DNA of 64,000 nt from Thermodesulfobacteriota bacterium. GTDB taxonomy: Bacteria; Desulfobacterota_D; UBA1144; Nemesobacterales; UBA2774. The notes beneath the pieces were generated by a model. The model searched no databases. It saw only the letters and a program-made list of their open reading frames with translations, and was not told the origin of the DNA. Positions 42,781 to 52,635 of the stretch are shown piece after piece. The position numbers were made by a program, and so were the translations under genes. The DNA lies in NCBI GenBank assembly GCA_965223335.1, contig OZ244991.1:288001-352000 (forward strand). The letters run 5' to 3'. Within the stretch, counting starts at the first letter, position 1. Every line of letters starts with the position of its first letter.

Positions 42781-43176
42781 CTAAATAGTTTCGCTTGTGG
42801 CTATAGCCTTAGCCTTAGCCAATACCATACCTACGTTTGCATCTGCACTACATACAACACACATCACAGCTCTATCATTAGAATCCAAACGAGAAAAGTA
42901 ATGCAATAGATGCTGTGAAAACACTATTATTTGATTGAAATAGTGTTCGTTTCCTTTCACACCTCTTGCCTTCTTGAAAATGTTCTCGATACTCACAACA
43001 TTCTCGCCCTCATAGAGGTCCTTTGTGGCTGGTGCAAGAAGATCAACTACCTCTTGCGGGTGGCTGTCTACAGTCTTGATACCAAAAAGAATTCCAGTAT
43101 CCAAATCGACTACACCTGCAGCTACAGCCTTAGGTACGTCTTTCATACAGCTCTCAATGATCGTATCTACACTCAT
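42781..43176 (-). CDS. Roadblock/LC7 (MglB-like) protein
   Basis: Start moved to ATG 43176 (AAGGAGGT RBS). CMKDVPKAVAAGVVDLDTG...ANVGMVL fits the roadblock pattern. Confidence 0.7.
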   Translation of the reverse strand: MSVDTIIESCMKDVPKAVAAGVVDLDTGILFGIKTVDSHPQEVVDLLAPATKDLYEGENVVSIENIFKKARGVKGNEHYFNQIIVFSQHLLHYFSRLDSNDRAVMCVVCSADANVGMVLAKAKAIATSETI

Positions 43177-43589
43177 AGATAGATACCTCCTTAAAATTTT
43201 ATTCAACATTATATCAAGCAACATCCATGCCATCACTTGACTGTATGTAACCAATTATAATCATTGAATATAATCAATATGAGAAACTACAAAACAACAA
43301 GTTGTGAACCAATTTGGTAATGCTCAACGACAAAAATTGTCATACGATAAGACATGACAATGAAGTATGTGAAAGTTTTAATATTGGTGAACTGCAGCAC
43401 TTGACGCAACACCTCAACATCATTGATTAATACTTGATATAGAGTGATAGAATTATGTCTTACAAGAAAGTGTCAGAATTTGCAACATGTAAGACGCGCC
43501 CGTAACTTTACCTCAGCACAACCTCAACCTAGAGCAAATTTCTTTTTTCAATGATATAATATATGCGTATTCTATTAATAGCATAGGAG

Positions 43590-44069
43590 ATGCTTAGAAT
43601 GTCTAACCTAAATAAAATACTTTCGGACCATTTCTGTTTCAAAGGGCTTCATGATGCAGATCTACAAAACATAATCTCCAGAGCCTCGGAAGTACGGTTT
43701 TCGGAAGGTGATTTCATATTCAGCGAAGACGATGTCGCCGACCGATTCTATATTATATTAGAGGGCAGAGTAGCCCTTGAGACCAAGCTAGCACCCGATA
43801 GAGACCCCATTACAATTCAAACACTAGGCGCAAACGATGTACTGGGTTGGGCATGGCTCTTTCCGCCACATACGGCACACTTCGATGCAAGAGCGCTCGA
43901 CGATACCCGTGCAATCTCACTCGATGGCGATTACATCCGCAATATGTGCGAGGAAAATCATGACCTCGGCTATGAGCTCTTTAAGCGCTTCACGAAGGTG
44001 ATGCAGCAAAGGCTCCATGCTGTTAAGCTTCAAAATCCCGATATGTATGTAGTGAAATCTAAACCATAG
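43590..44069 (+). CDS. Stand-alone cyclic nucleotide-binding (Crp-like) domain protein
   Basis: F.EGDFIF.E...ADRFYIILEGRV...LGW..LF...FDARA; no C-terminal HTH. Confidence 0.85.
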   Translation: MLRMSNLNKILSDHFCFKGLHDADLQNIISRASEVRFSEGDFIFSEDDVADRFYIILEGRVALETKLAPDRDPITIQTLGANDVLGWAWLFPPHTAHFDARALDDTRAISLDGDYIRNMCEENHDLGYELFKRFTKVMQQRLHAVKLQNPDMYVVKSKP

Positions 44070-44145
44070 ACTACACATACCGCCAATACCTGACGCCATC
44101 TGGTTAAGAGATACTATCCATATCAAATGGTGCAAGGGGTAATAC

Positions 44146-44565
44146 CTATGATATATGTGCGCTTACCTCATTCTTAATCCTATTGTAGACGGCACTAAGC
44201 CCATAAATGCGCCTTGTCCCCAGTTTTTGAGCCAACCCCAACTCATCTAAGAGCGTTTCGGGGGCCTCAAGTACATCTGTAGGGCTAGAGCCGCCAAACG
44301 CATCCACAAGCAAAGACACAAATCCCCTCACAGCGGGTGACTCCCTAGGCACTTGGGCATGTAGCTCCACCACTCCATCTGTGACATCCACCCACAGATA
44401 TACAGGTGTCTCACATTCCCGGACTCGCTTGGTCTCATCGGTTGGAAGGTCTTTTAATACGGGGGGTAGATCGGGAAGATTGTCCGAGTAGTCTAGCAAC
44501 ATAGCCATGGTCTCCTCGGGATCAGCATCCCGGAATATCTCTATGATATCGTCTAGTTTACTCAT
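44146..44565 (-). CDS. sufE: SufE family sulfur acceptor
   Basis: RVRECETPVYL (conserved Cys), ESPAVRGF and LGL..LGTRR. Confidence 0.85.
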   Translation of the reverse strand: MSKLDDIIEIFRDADPEETMAMLLDYSDNLPDLPPVLKDLPTDETKRVRECETPVYLWVDVTDGVVELHAQVPRESPAVRGFVSLLVDAFGGSSPTDVLEAPETLLDELGLAQKLGTRRIYGLSAVYNRIKNEVSAHIS

Positions 44566-44782
44566 GAGCCTCTTTTTGAGCCCTGCACAATTTGTTCTCT
44601 AAGGGATTATAGTATTAATAGAGCTCAAAATAGCAATATGTTTGTTATTTCGCTAATAAATTCATATTTTTGGTATTTTAAAGCCTTAAACAGCAAATTA
44701 TGCCTTCTTTTGCTTACTATTTTATGTTATCATAGTAAGTAGTGTAGGTGGGATACGTACACTCCGTTTAACAATTTAGGGG

Positions 44783-45256
44783 GTGAGATTATCCATGTTG
44801 GAAGATCTAAAGGTAAGAGACCTTATAGGCATAAGAGACAGAATATTCTTTGTGGAAGCAGAGGATAATGCTGACGTAGCGGCATTAAAACTAAGGAACT
44901 TTAACGTAAGGACCATAGGTGTTATGCACGAAGGTCAAATTGTGGGTGTTGTGGGTCAATCGGATTTTTCCACAAAAATCGTATCCGTTGGAAAGAACCC
45001 CTTGGACGTAAAAGTAAAAGATATCATGAGTACTAAACTGCATACAGTCTCGTTGGATTCTTCGTTTATAGAGTGTCTGGACCTAATGGACTCGCATAAT
45101 ATATCTCACCTGTTTATATTAGATGAAGACGGTGATTATCACGGGATGTTGTCGTGGAGAGACCTACAGCAAAGACTAGTAAAGGAACTCAAATACCAAC
45201 TCAAGATGGCGCAGGAATATGCATTTGGGCCACACATAAACGAAATGAGCAGTTAG
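44783..45256 (+). CDS. CBS-pair protein
   Basis: Two CBS motifs (VGVVGQSD; VKDIMS...ISHL...GMLSWRDL). Confidence 0.88.
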   Translation: MRLSMLEDLKVRDLIGIRDRIFFVEAEDNADVAALKLRNFNVRTIGVMHEGQIVGVVGQSDFSTKIVSVGKNPLDVKVKDIMSTKLHTVSLDSSFIECLDLMDSHNISHLFILDEDGDYHGMLSWRDLQQRLVKELKYQLKMAQEYAFGPHINEMSS

Positions 45257-45280
45257 ACCTCGGTTAAAAGGGAACTCACA

Positions 45281-45493
45281 TTGACAGACACAGAATCAAC
45301 GGAATCAAAAGAAGCAAAACCCACCGAGAGCACCCAAGTTAAAAAAGGTTTAATGGAGCGGCGTCGGAGTTTCGCTCAATCGAGTGTACCAAATGCTCAT
45401 AGGGGTTATAGCAAGAAAACCCCTGTGATAATGCTTATAATCTATGCGGCTTTTTTCGTCATAAGCATTATTCTGGCAAAGCTCACAGCCTGA
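45281..45493 (+). CDS. Small protein with C-terminal TM helix
   Basis: Polar N-terminus and a single hydrophobic C-terminal segment. Confidence 0.5.
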   Translation: MTDTESTESKEAKPTESTQVKKGLMERRRSFAQSSVPNAHRGYSKKTPVIMLIIYAAFFVISIILAKLTA

Positions 45494-45547
45494 TTAATAA
45501 TTTCAGTAGTCCCCTGCCTAACTCACGAAGAAGTTGTACGCAAACTA

Positions 45548-46219
45548 CTAAAACTCTCTATCGAAAGAGGGTACTAGGATTAGGACATCTCTCGGCACAA
45601 CACAAGGCGATTCGTTTGTACACCTTCCGTCGAACTCACCTATTACTAAGCTATCTTTACCGAACTCAACCCCAATCTGGGGCATGCTTAGACAAGGGCC
45701 GTTAAAAAACTGAGTGTTCGAAACCACCTCATTATTATTGCAGGGATTTGTGACCACCCCTCCGCTCTCAAATATTTGAGAATTGTTTTTCTCGCATTCG
45801 TTAAGTCTGATATCGGTCATGTGGCCTCCGGGGTTTATACGCACACTGAGGTCCGCATACCTTGGAGTACACACAAACTCAAAAGGCGAGAGGTCATCGG
45901 TCTGGGGAATGGGGGGCTCTTTGCCCAAGTCCGTGGATAATGAAGCATCCACAACATCTATATCGTATAACTCTCCGTCCAAGATCATAGTACCCCCGCC
46001 ACTTACAGATCCGTCTTCACGCGAGGCAAGTATGTTGATTGCTAGCACTATATCCAGGTTCTCCCCGATCCCGTTTGCATTGAAATCAGGGAGGTTTGCG
46101 GGGCTACCACCGTCACTATCAGCATCACTACCGCCACCACCACAACCGTAAGTGTAGAGGCCGGGCCCGATTATAAAGCAGATTATCAACATAAACCTAG
46201 CGATAGTATCCCAACGCAT
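45548..46219 (-). CDS. Putative lipoprotein
   Basis: Signal peptide with YG-C followed by GGGGS. Confidence 0.65.
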   Translation of the reverse strand: MRWDTIARFMLIICFIIGPGLYTYGCGGGGSDADSDGGSPANLPDFNANGIGENLDIVLAINILASREDGSVSGGGTMILDGELYDIDVVDASLSTDLGKEPPIPQTDDLSPFEFVCTPRYADLSVRINPGGHMTDIRLNECEKNNSQIFESGGVVTNPCNNNEVVSNTQFFNGPCLSMPQIGVEFGKDSLVIGEFDGRCTNESPCVVPRDVLILVPSFDREF

Positions 46220-46303
46220 CTCTCTAGAATATGTTACGCATATCGAGTCGGATTTCTATATAGTATGGGGAAAAGAGTCGCTATTATGACCTGCCGCTTA
46301 AAG

Positions 46304-48124
46304 TCATGCCTGCTCCGAGAGCTCGTCGACCAGTGCAATTAACTGTTGACCGGGCTGTGGTTTAATGTTCTTATCCGAAGAGATCACCACAAGTTCTCTG
46401 TCCTCTTTCACTATAAAGAGTGGGATCGCGCTGTCTTTATACAACGCGAGGAATGAGTCGTAATCGAACTCATCTGTAAGCAGTGTCTTTTTAAGCACGG
46501 CACCTTCATCAAAACGATTTTCCAAATAAGAGTATGTAGCCTCAGTGTTAAACAACAGCCGTCCCCTCAGGTGTTTGGGGATGCTCTCTTCGCTCGTGGT
46601 CTTAAATTTAGACTGCTTGGGCAGCTGATAAACCCCGGCTCTGCCGAATATATCCAAGAAGTGCAATGCCGAGAGCGAGTTGATTTCGTCGTTTGATGTG
46701 AGTGCCATGAGCCTTCCCACTCCGCTAAACTCTATCTCGTCCATTACCTCTTCCGAGAGCACATTACCGAAATATGCCCTAAGACCCATCTGTCGCGATG
46801 ACGACACATTTGACCAGTTTGAATCCAGCATAAGCACCTCACAACCGCTGTCCTGCAACATCTTGCCGATACCCCTGGCCCATGAGTGTGCACCGACTAT
46901 AAGTATCCCCTGGGGGTTGGGTGATGCCAATCCTAAGAGCTTGGCCACAGGGGCTGCTGTTAATCCATATAGCGCCACGGTGCCCGTAATAACCAGAAAC
47001 GTCATAGGCACTATAACCTGTGCATTAGCATAGTCTGCCTCCACAAGTCTAAGCGCAAACACAGACGACACCGCGGCTGCAACTATCCCACGAGGTGCCA
47101 TCCAAGATAAAAACAGCTTTTCTTTAAGCGCCGTCCCATTTCTAAGACTCGAAATAAACACAGACGCTGGTCTTACTATGAGCACCAGTATAAGGAGGAA
47201 AATAATGCTTTTTAGAGTGATTACCCCGTAGATATCCTCAAGGTTAAGCCCCGATGCGAGTATTATGAAAAGACTCGAGATAAGTAAAACCCTAAGGTTC
47301 TCTTTGAACTCTATTATGTGCTTTACGCTCACTACTTTTTGGTTGGCTAGTATGATACCCATCAATGTAACAGCCAATAACCCGCACTCCGTTTGGAAGT
47401 AATTAGATATGGTAAACACCGCTACAACCACCATTAGGGATACGGGGTTTTGTAAAAAATCAGGCACCCAATGGTATCTAAGCACAAGGATTAAGAGCTG
47501 TGCCCCGAGAAATCCTGTAGCCCCGCCTATGGCAATGGATTTGATAACAATAAAGATCGTATGCCTGGTCGCCTCCCCTAGACCCCCTGCCAAAATGGCC
47601 TCAAACACAAGTAGTGCCAGGATGGCCCCGATAGGATCAATTACAATCCCCTCCCACTTAATCACAGACCCCACCCTGCCACTGGGTCTAACGTGTCTAA
47701 GAAGTGGAATCACCACTGTGGGCCCAGTCACAACGAGTACAGCACCGAGTAGCGTTGATAGGCGGAGGTCTAATCCCAACACGAAATAGCTAGCAATTGT
47801 TGTAAAAACCCACGAGACCACCACCCCTATACTCACAAGGTTCCTGACAATTACCCCCACCTCTTTTAGTTCCGAGAATTTAAGACTTAGCCCGCCCTCA
47901 AACAATATTATCGCCACAGACACAGAAACTATCGGCAGCAGCAGATTACCGAAAAGATCAACAGGCTTTATCCATCCCATAAAAGGCCCCGCTATGAAGC
48001 CCCCTATAAGCAGCAGCAGTATTGCAGGCAGCCCAAGACGCCATGCCAACCACTGAGCCCCGATTCCAAGTCCTATAATAAGCGCTAGTCCTATTAGATA
48101 AGTCTCAGCCAACGATCCCTCCAA
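46304..48124 (-). CDS. CPA1 cation:proton antiporter with C-terminal TrkA-N domain
   Basis: IILFEGGL, TGPTV, EGIVIDPIG, APRGIVAA and ILIVGAH motifs. Confidence 0.92.
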   Translation of the reverse strand: MEGSLAETYLIGLALIIGLGIGAQWLAWRLGLPAILLLLIGGFIAGPFMGWIKPVDLFGNLLLPIVSVSVAIILFEGGLSLKFSELKEVGVIVRNLVSIGVVVSWVFTTIASYFVLGLDLRLSTLLGAVLVVTGPTVVIPLLRHVRPSGRVGSVIKWEGIVIDPIGAILALLVFEAILAGGLGEATRHTIFIVIKSIAIGGATGFLGAQLLILVLRYHWVPDFLQNPVSLMVVVAVFTISNYFQTECGLLAVTLMGIILANQKVVSVKHIIEFKENLRVLLISSLFIILASGLNLEDIYGVITLKSIIFLLILVLIVRPASVFISSLRNGTALKEKLFLSWMAPRGIVAAAVSSVFALRLVEADYANAQVIVPMTFLVITGTVALYGLTAAPVAKLLGLASPNPQGILIVGAHSWARGIGKMLQDSGCEVLMLDSNWSNVSSSRQMGLRAYFGNVLSEEVMDEIEFSGVGRLMALTSNDEINSLSALHFLDIFGRAGVYQLPKQSKFKTTSEESIPKHLRGRLLFNTEATYSYLENRFDEGAVLKKTLLTDEFDYDSFLALYKDSAIPLFIVKEDRELVVISSDKNIKPQPGQQLIALVDELSEQA

Positions 48125-48306
48125 ACACTCGGTTCGAGCTATTCACAAATACAATAGTAAATGATCTAAGATGTAAGGTGCGACCCAGAGGTTAACCTTA
48201 AACTCTTAATTTTATCGCATATACTATATAAGATTTGAGGTTTCTATACTAGAGAATATAATCTCTCGTTGAGATTAACAATAACCAAAAAGGCAAGGAT
48301 TGTCTC

Positions 48307-49623
48307 GTGACAGAGCAATATACTCACCACGTGGTTATAATCGGGGGCGGTTTCGGGGGCCTATATGCCGCAAAGAAACTGTCACACCCCTCAATCAAAG
48401 TAACTCTAATAGACAAACGCAATTTTCACCTGTTTCAACCACTTCTCTATCAAGTAGCAGCGGGGTGGCTCTCACCCGGTGACATCGCCTCACCCCTCAG
48501 ATCGGTCTTAAACGGCTACAAGAACATATATGTCATAAAGGCAGAGGCACGAGACATCTTGCCCCGTGAGAAAAAGATCATGCTACGCGACGGCGAGTTG
48601 AGTTACGACAGTCTAATCGTGGCCACAGGCTCTACACACCATTACTTCGGCAACGACCAGTGGTCCGCATACGCACCGGGATTAAAAACCGTGGAGGACG
48701 CCCTTACAATTCGCAGAAACATACTTCTCTCATTCGAAGCAGCCGAGAGAGAGCCCGACCCACTTAAACAGATGTCGTGGATGACTTTCATTATAGTGGG
48801 TGCCGGGCCCTCGGGAGTCGAGATGGCCGGCACTATAGGCGAGTTGGCAACCACCACGCTTAGGGGTGATTTTAGAAATATCAATACCACAAGCGCTCGC
48901 ATTATACTAATAGAGGGCCAAGACCGTGTGCTTCCCACATATCCCCCCGACCTATCCGACGAGGCGCTCAAATCACTCAACCACCTAGGCGTTGAGATCC
49001 GTCTAAACACTATGGTCACAAATATTTCCCAATATAGGATCACCGTTGTTGAGAGCGGGGTTGAGGACTATATATCCTCTCGCACCGTGCTATGGACTGC
49101 GGGGGTTAAAGCCTCTGGTATGGGGAGGGTACTGGGTAAGGCCACAGGCTCGGAACTGGACAGTGTGGGAAGGGTGGTGGTGTCCGAGAATCTCACGGTC
49201 CCGGGCGAGCCCGATATATTTGTGATCGGTGATCTGGCACACTCACCAGATAAAAACGGTAACCCATTGCCCGGGGTAGCACCCGTGGCTATGCAGCAGG
49301 GCCTATATGTCGCAGAGCTTATCAAAAAACGGTTAGAGGGTAAAGAATCAGAACCCTTTGTCTACAAAGACAAGGGCAGTCTGTCTGTGATCGGCAGGAA
49401 CAAGGCCGTGGCCGACTTAGGCGGATATCACCTATCCGGCTTTCTGGCATGGGTTATGTGGGTTTTTATTCACATTAGATATTTAATAGAATTCGACAAC
49501 CAGTTAATAGTTCTCTTTAGGTGGGGTTGGAACTACTTCACCAGGCGAAGAGGTGCAAGACTCATAACAGGGGACGATTTCTTCCCGCTCATAAACGATA
49601 AAAAACCCGATAAAAACCCATAA
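48307..49623 (+). CDS. ndh: Type II NADH dehydrogenase
   Basis: GGGFGG, FQPLLYQVA, VGAGPSGVEMAG, VIGD and AMQQG motifs. Confidence 0.93.
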   Translation: MTEQYTHHVVIIGGGFGGLYAAKKLSHPSIKVTLIDKRNFHLFQPLLYQVAAGWLSPGDIASPLRSVLNGYKNIYVIKAEARDILPREKKIMLRDGELSYDSLIVATGSTHHYFGNDQWSAYAPGLKTVEDALTIRRNILLSFEAAEREPDPLKQMSWMTFIIVGAGPSGVEMAGTIGELATTTLRGDFRNINTTSARIILIEGQDRVLPTYPPDLSDEALKSLNHLGVEIRLNTMVTNISQYRITVVESGVEDYISSRTVLWTAGVKASGMGRVLGKATGSELDSVGRVVVSENLTVPGEPDIFVIGDLAHSPDKNGNPLPGVAPVAMQQGLYVAELIKKRLEGKESEPFVYKDKGSLSVIGRNKAVADLGGYHLSGFLAWVMWVFIHIRYLIEFDNQLIVLFRWGWNYFTRRRGARLITGDDFFPLINDKKPDKNP

Positions 49624-49700
49624 CTCACATAGCAGCCACCGATTAGTTTTAGATTCGAGACATATTCCATCTGTATTATTTATACAACAAATTTTATATC

Positions 49701-49772
49701 TTGCATTAAATACTTAAAGCATGATATAATGTTTTTCCGTGAGGGAGAAATGCATTAAATCACATTAATGCA
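49701..49772 (+). promoter_or_regulatory. Sigma70-like promoter and downstream palindrome before the PilZ gene
   Basis: TTGCAT-18-TATAAT with extended -10 TG; TGCATTAA-N6-TTAATGCA at 49751-49772. Confidence 0.5.
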
Positions 49773-49784
49773 AAGGAGAGTGGC

Positions 49785-50225
49785 ATGGCATCAATTTATA
49801 AACAGCAGTTACCTATCCAGGATAGCACTTATTCAGATGAGGATCATAACTCGGGAATTGATCATGATAACAATAGGTACTCTATACGAGTTGAGTTTGA
49901 GAAGAGGATAAAATTTGGTTTTCCCCGTGCCAATATATCGGGATTTACGTTCGACCTTTCCCTAAACGGGGTAGGAATCAACTCCTATAGATCACTCCCG
50001 CCGGGCTCAATTATACTGATGAACATATACACAGGCGACCAAACCCACAGCCTCGAGGGCGAAATCATGTGGGTCCAGAAGGTAAAGCCGGGGGCTTTTA
50101 TTCAAATGGGTGTAAAGTTCTTGAGCCGGACCGATAAAATCAGCCAAATCTATGAAAGAGAACTACTCATGACGCTCACCGATTTACACAATGAAGAGGA
50201 TGAGTTATACCCACAAGCATCATAG
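49785..50225 (+). CDS. PilZ-domain protein
   Basis: RYSIR (RxxxR) and DLSLNG (DxSxxG) motifs. Confidence 0.85.
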   Translation: MASIYKQQLPIQDSTYSDEDHNSGIDHDNNRYSIRVEFEKRIKFGFPRANISGFTFDLSLNGVGINSYRSLPPGSIILMNIYTGDQTHSLEGEIMWVQKVKPGAFIQMGVKFLSRTDKISQIYERELLMTLTDLHNEEDELYPQAS

Positions 50226-50340
50226 TTCCTAGCCAAGTCCACACACAGCTCTTACATACATTCCGAAGCCGACCGCACTGATCTTGAATGTTGACATAAT
50301 CATTTGATCTCGGTACTTTATATGTTGAGGGAGAATAGAA

Positions 50341-50586
50341 ATGTTTAATTTCGGTGCAACCGAGCTTATTATAATCTTGATTATAGTGCTTTTGATTTTT
50401 GGCCCGAGCCGGCTAGGCGACATAGGCTCTTCACTCGGTAAGGGGATCAAAGGTTTTAGGAAATCCATAAAAGATGATGAGATAGATGTAACCCCCGAGA
50501 AACAGGATACAAAGAAAGTAGAAAACAACGAATTCAGCTCACCCAGAAACTCTCTAGACAAAGAAGAATCCAAACATAGCCAATAA
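50341..50586 (+). CDS. tatA: Twin-arginine translocase TatA/E
   Basis: GATELIIILIIVLLIFGPSRL..G.SLGKGIKGFRKS. Confidence 0.93.
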   Translation: MFNFGATELIIILIIVLLIFGPSRLGDIGSSLGKGIKGFRKSIKDDEIDVTPEKQDTKKVENNEFSSPRNSLDKEESKHSQ

Positions 50587-50697
50587 CCAACTGCTAAAGC
50601 TTTTGAGTCCATCTACATTCGAGTAGTATAGATTTATATATTGTCCGAGAAAAATTATATTTGCTGCTCTATCACACGCTGTTTGCAAAAGGACTAG

Positions 50698-51138
50698 ATG
50701 GATAGTAAATCCATAGATTACCTGCTCAACTCAATAATTGCGGTTTGCGCCTTAATTATAGTTATGACCGCCATGTTGGGGCTTTTTAACCCAGTTACCA
50801 TTCTTCTTTTGGTACTCGGAATATACTTGCTCTTATGGTCTGCGTGGACCATGACTTACGGCAAATTCAGAATTTCAGAGGATATCTCACGAAAAACAAG
50901 GCTCATGGCAAAGGGCCCCTATAGATACATACGTAACCCTATCTATTCGAGCCTAATACTAATTACGCTATCGCTCATACTCACAGATCTGAATACACTG
51001 AGGGTTGTGGTGTGGTTAATAATGGTGGGTGTAACTATGCTAAGTATAGACAGAACCGAAAAAAGGCTAGCCAAGGAGCTCTCGGACTACTCTCTTTATA
51101 AACAAAGAACCAAACGCATTATCCCTTATATATACTAA
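50698..51138 (+). CDS. Isoprenylcysteine carboxyl methyltransferase/PEMT-like membrane protein
   Basis: GPYRYIRNPIY and Y..Y..RTKRIIP motifs. Confidence 0.8.
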   Translation: MDSKSIDYLLNSIIAVCALIIVMTAMLGLFNPVTILLLVLGIYLLLWSAWTMTYGKFRISEDISRKTRLMAKGPYRYIRNPIYSSLILITLSLILTDLNTLRVVVWLIMVGVTMLSIDRTEKRLAKELSDYSLYKQRTKRIIPYIY

Positions 51139-51139
51139 A

Positions 51140-52432
51140 TCAGCTCTCCCACACACCCATGTGCGGGTCCTGAAACGGGCATTTACCCAAAGTGATATGC
51201 TCCTCGAACTCGGACCTGAAGTTCTTTACGATGGACTCAACAGGCATAGCACACCCGTCGGCAAGGGCACAGATCGTAGTACCCCGCATCTGTGAACAGG
51301 CATCAAGCAATGTGTCTATGTGGTTCATCCTGCCCCTCCCGTGCTCTATGTCCGTTAGCATCTTCTCTAACCACCACGTGCCTTCTCTGCATTGAACACA
51401 CTGCCCACAGGACTCATCCCTGTAAAAATGCGCCAGGTTCTGTGCCACTCGCACCATGCAGGTCGTCTCATCCATCACCGTCACCCCTGCAGTGCCCAGC
51501 ATAGATCCGAGTCCAGATAGTGTGTCGAAATCCATTGATATGTCGAGTTGATCCACGGTGAGTAGTGGTGCCGATGACCCGCCCGGTGACACTGCCTTCA
51601 CAGCCCTACCTCCGGGGATCCCTCCCCCGTATTCATATATAAGCTCGCGAAGAGTAATGCCCAGCGGGAGTTCGTATAAGCCCGGTTTATTTATATCGCC
51701 GCAGAGGCCGAATATTTTTGTACCGGTATTTTTAGGAATTCCAATCGAGGAAAACCACTCGGCCCCCCTGTTTAGGATATGGGGCACACACGCTAGCGTC
51801 TCTACGTTGTTTACAATCGTAGGGCAGCCAAACAATCCCACTTGCGCAGGGAATGGCGGCTTGGGACGGGGCTGGCCGTTTTTACCCTCTATCGATTCTA
51901 TTAACCCTGTCTCTTCCCCGCATATATAAGCCCCGGCACCCCTAAACAACACAATATCCAGATCAAACCCCGAGTCCAAGATATTTGTACCCAGGTAGCC
52001 CCTTTGGTGAGCTTCGTCTATGGCTTGATTTATGATTTTAGCACCGTAGGGCATCTCGCCCCTTATATATATGTATGCTTTATGGGAATTGAGCGCATAA
52101 CAGGCAATGGCAATGCCCTCGAGCATTTGATGGGGATCTCGTTCCAGGATCTCTTTGTCCTTAAAACTCCCGGGCTCACTCTCGTCTGCGTTACAACAAA
52201 GGTATATGGGTTTTTTAGAGTCCCTTTGAATAAACCCCCACTTAACTCCAGTGGGAAACCCCGCACCCCCACGCCCCCTGAGGCCCGACTGCTTAATAAT
52301 CTCTATAATATTCTGGGGGTCCATCCCAAGTGCTTTGCGATAAGCTATATATCCCCCTGCGGACAAATAAGAATCTATAGTCTCTGAGTTCTCTCTGTCC
52401 AGGTAGTTTCGAATGATTCTGGTCTCTGGCAT
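51140..52432 (-). CDS. nuoF: NADH:quinone oxidoreductase subunit F
   Basis: GRGGAGFP, NADESEPG, GAGAYICGEETG, SCGQC..CREG and TICAL motifs. Confidence 0.95.
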   Translation of the reverse strand: MPETRIIRNYLDRENSETIDSYLSAGGYIAYRKALGMDPQNIIEIIKQSGLRGRGGAGFPTGVKWGFIQRDSKKPIYLCCNADESEPGSFKDKEILERDPHQMLEGIAIACYALNSHKAYIYIRGEMPYGAKIINQAIDEAHQRGYLGTNILDSGFDLDIVLFRGAGAYICGEETGLIESIEGKNGQPRPKPPFPAQVGLFGCPTIVNNVETLACVPHILNRGAEWFSSIGIPKNTGTKIFGLCGDINKPGLYELPLGITLRELIYEYGGGIPGGRAVKAVSPGGSSAPLLTVDQLDISMDFDTLSGLGSMLGTAGVTVMDETTCMVRVAQNLAHFYRDESCGQCVQCREGTWWLEKMLTDIEHGRGRMNHIDTLLDACSQMRGTTICALADGCAMPVESIVKNFRSEFEEHITLGKCPFQDPHMGVWES

Positions 52433-52635
52433 CTAAGCAGTAATCCCCTATGTTATTAGTTATATCTTGGGGCAATATTGTAAATGGATAACAAACCTGT
52501 TGGCAAGTACAGAGGAGAAAAAACTATAATTAACTCGTAGAAGGTAAATGTTGATTAGCGAAAAATCGATTGACAATAAATATTCTGATGATAGGTTTTC
52601 TTAACGCTCCTGTATAATCAGGTGCTCTACAAGGT

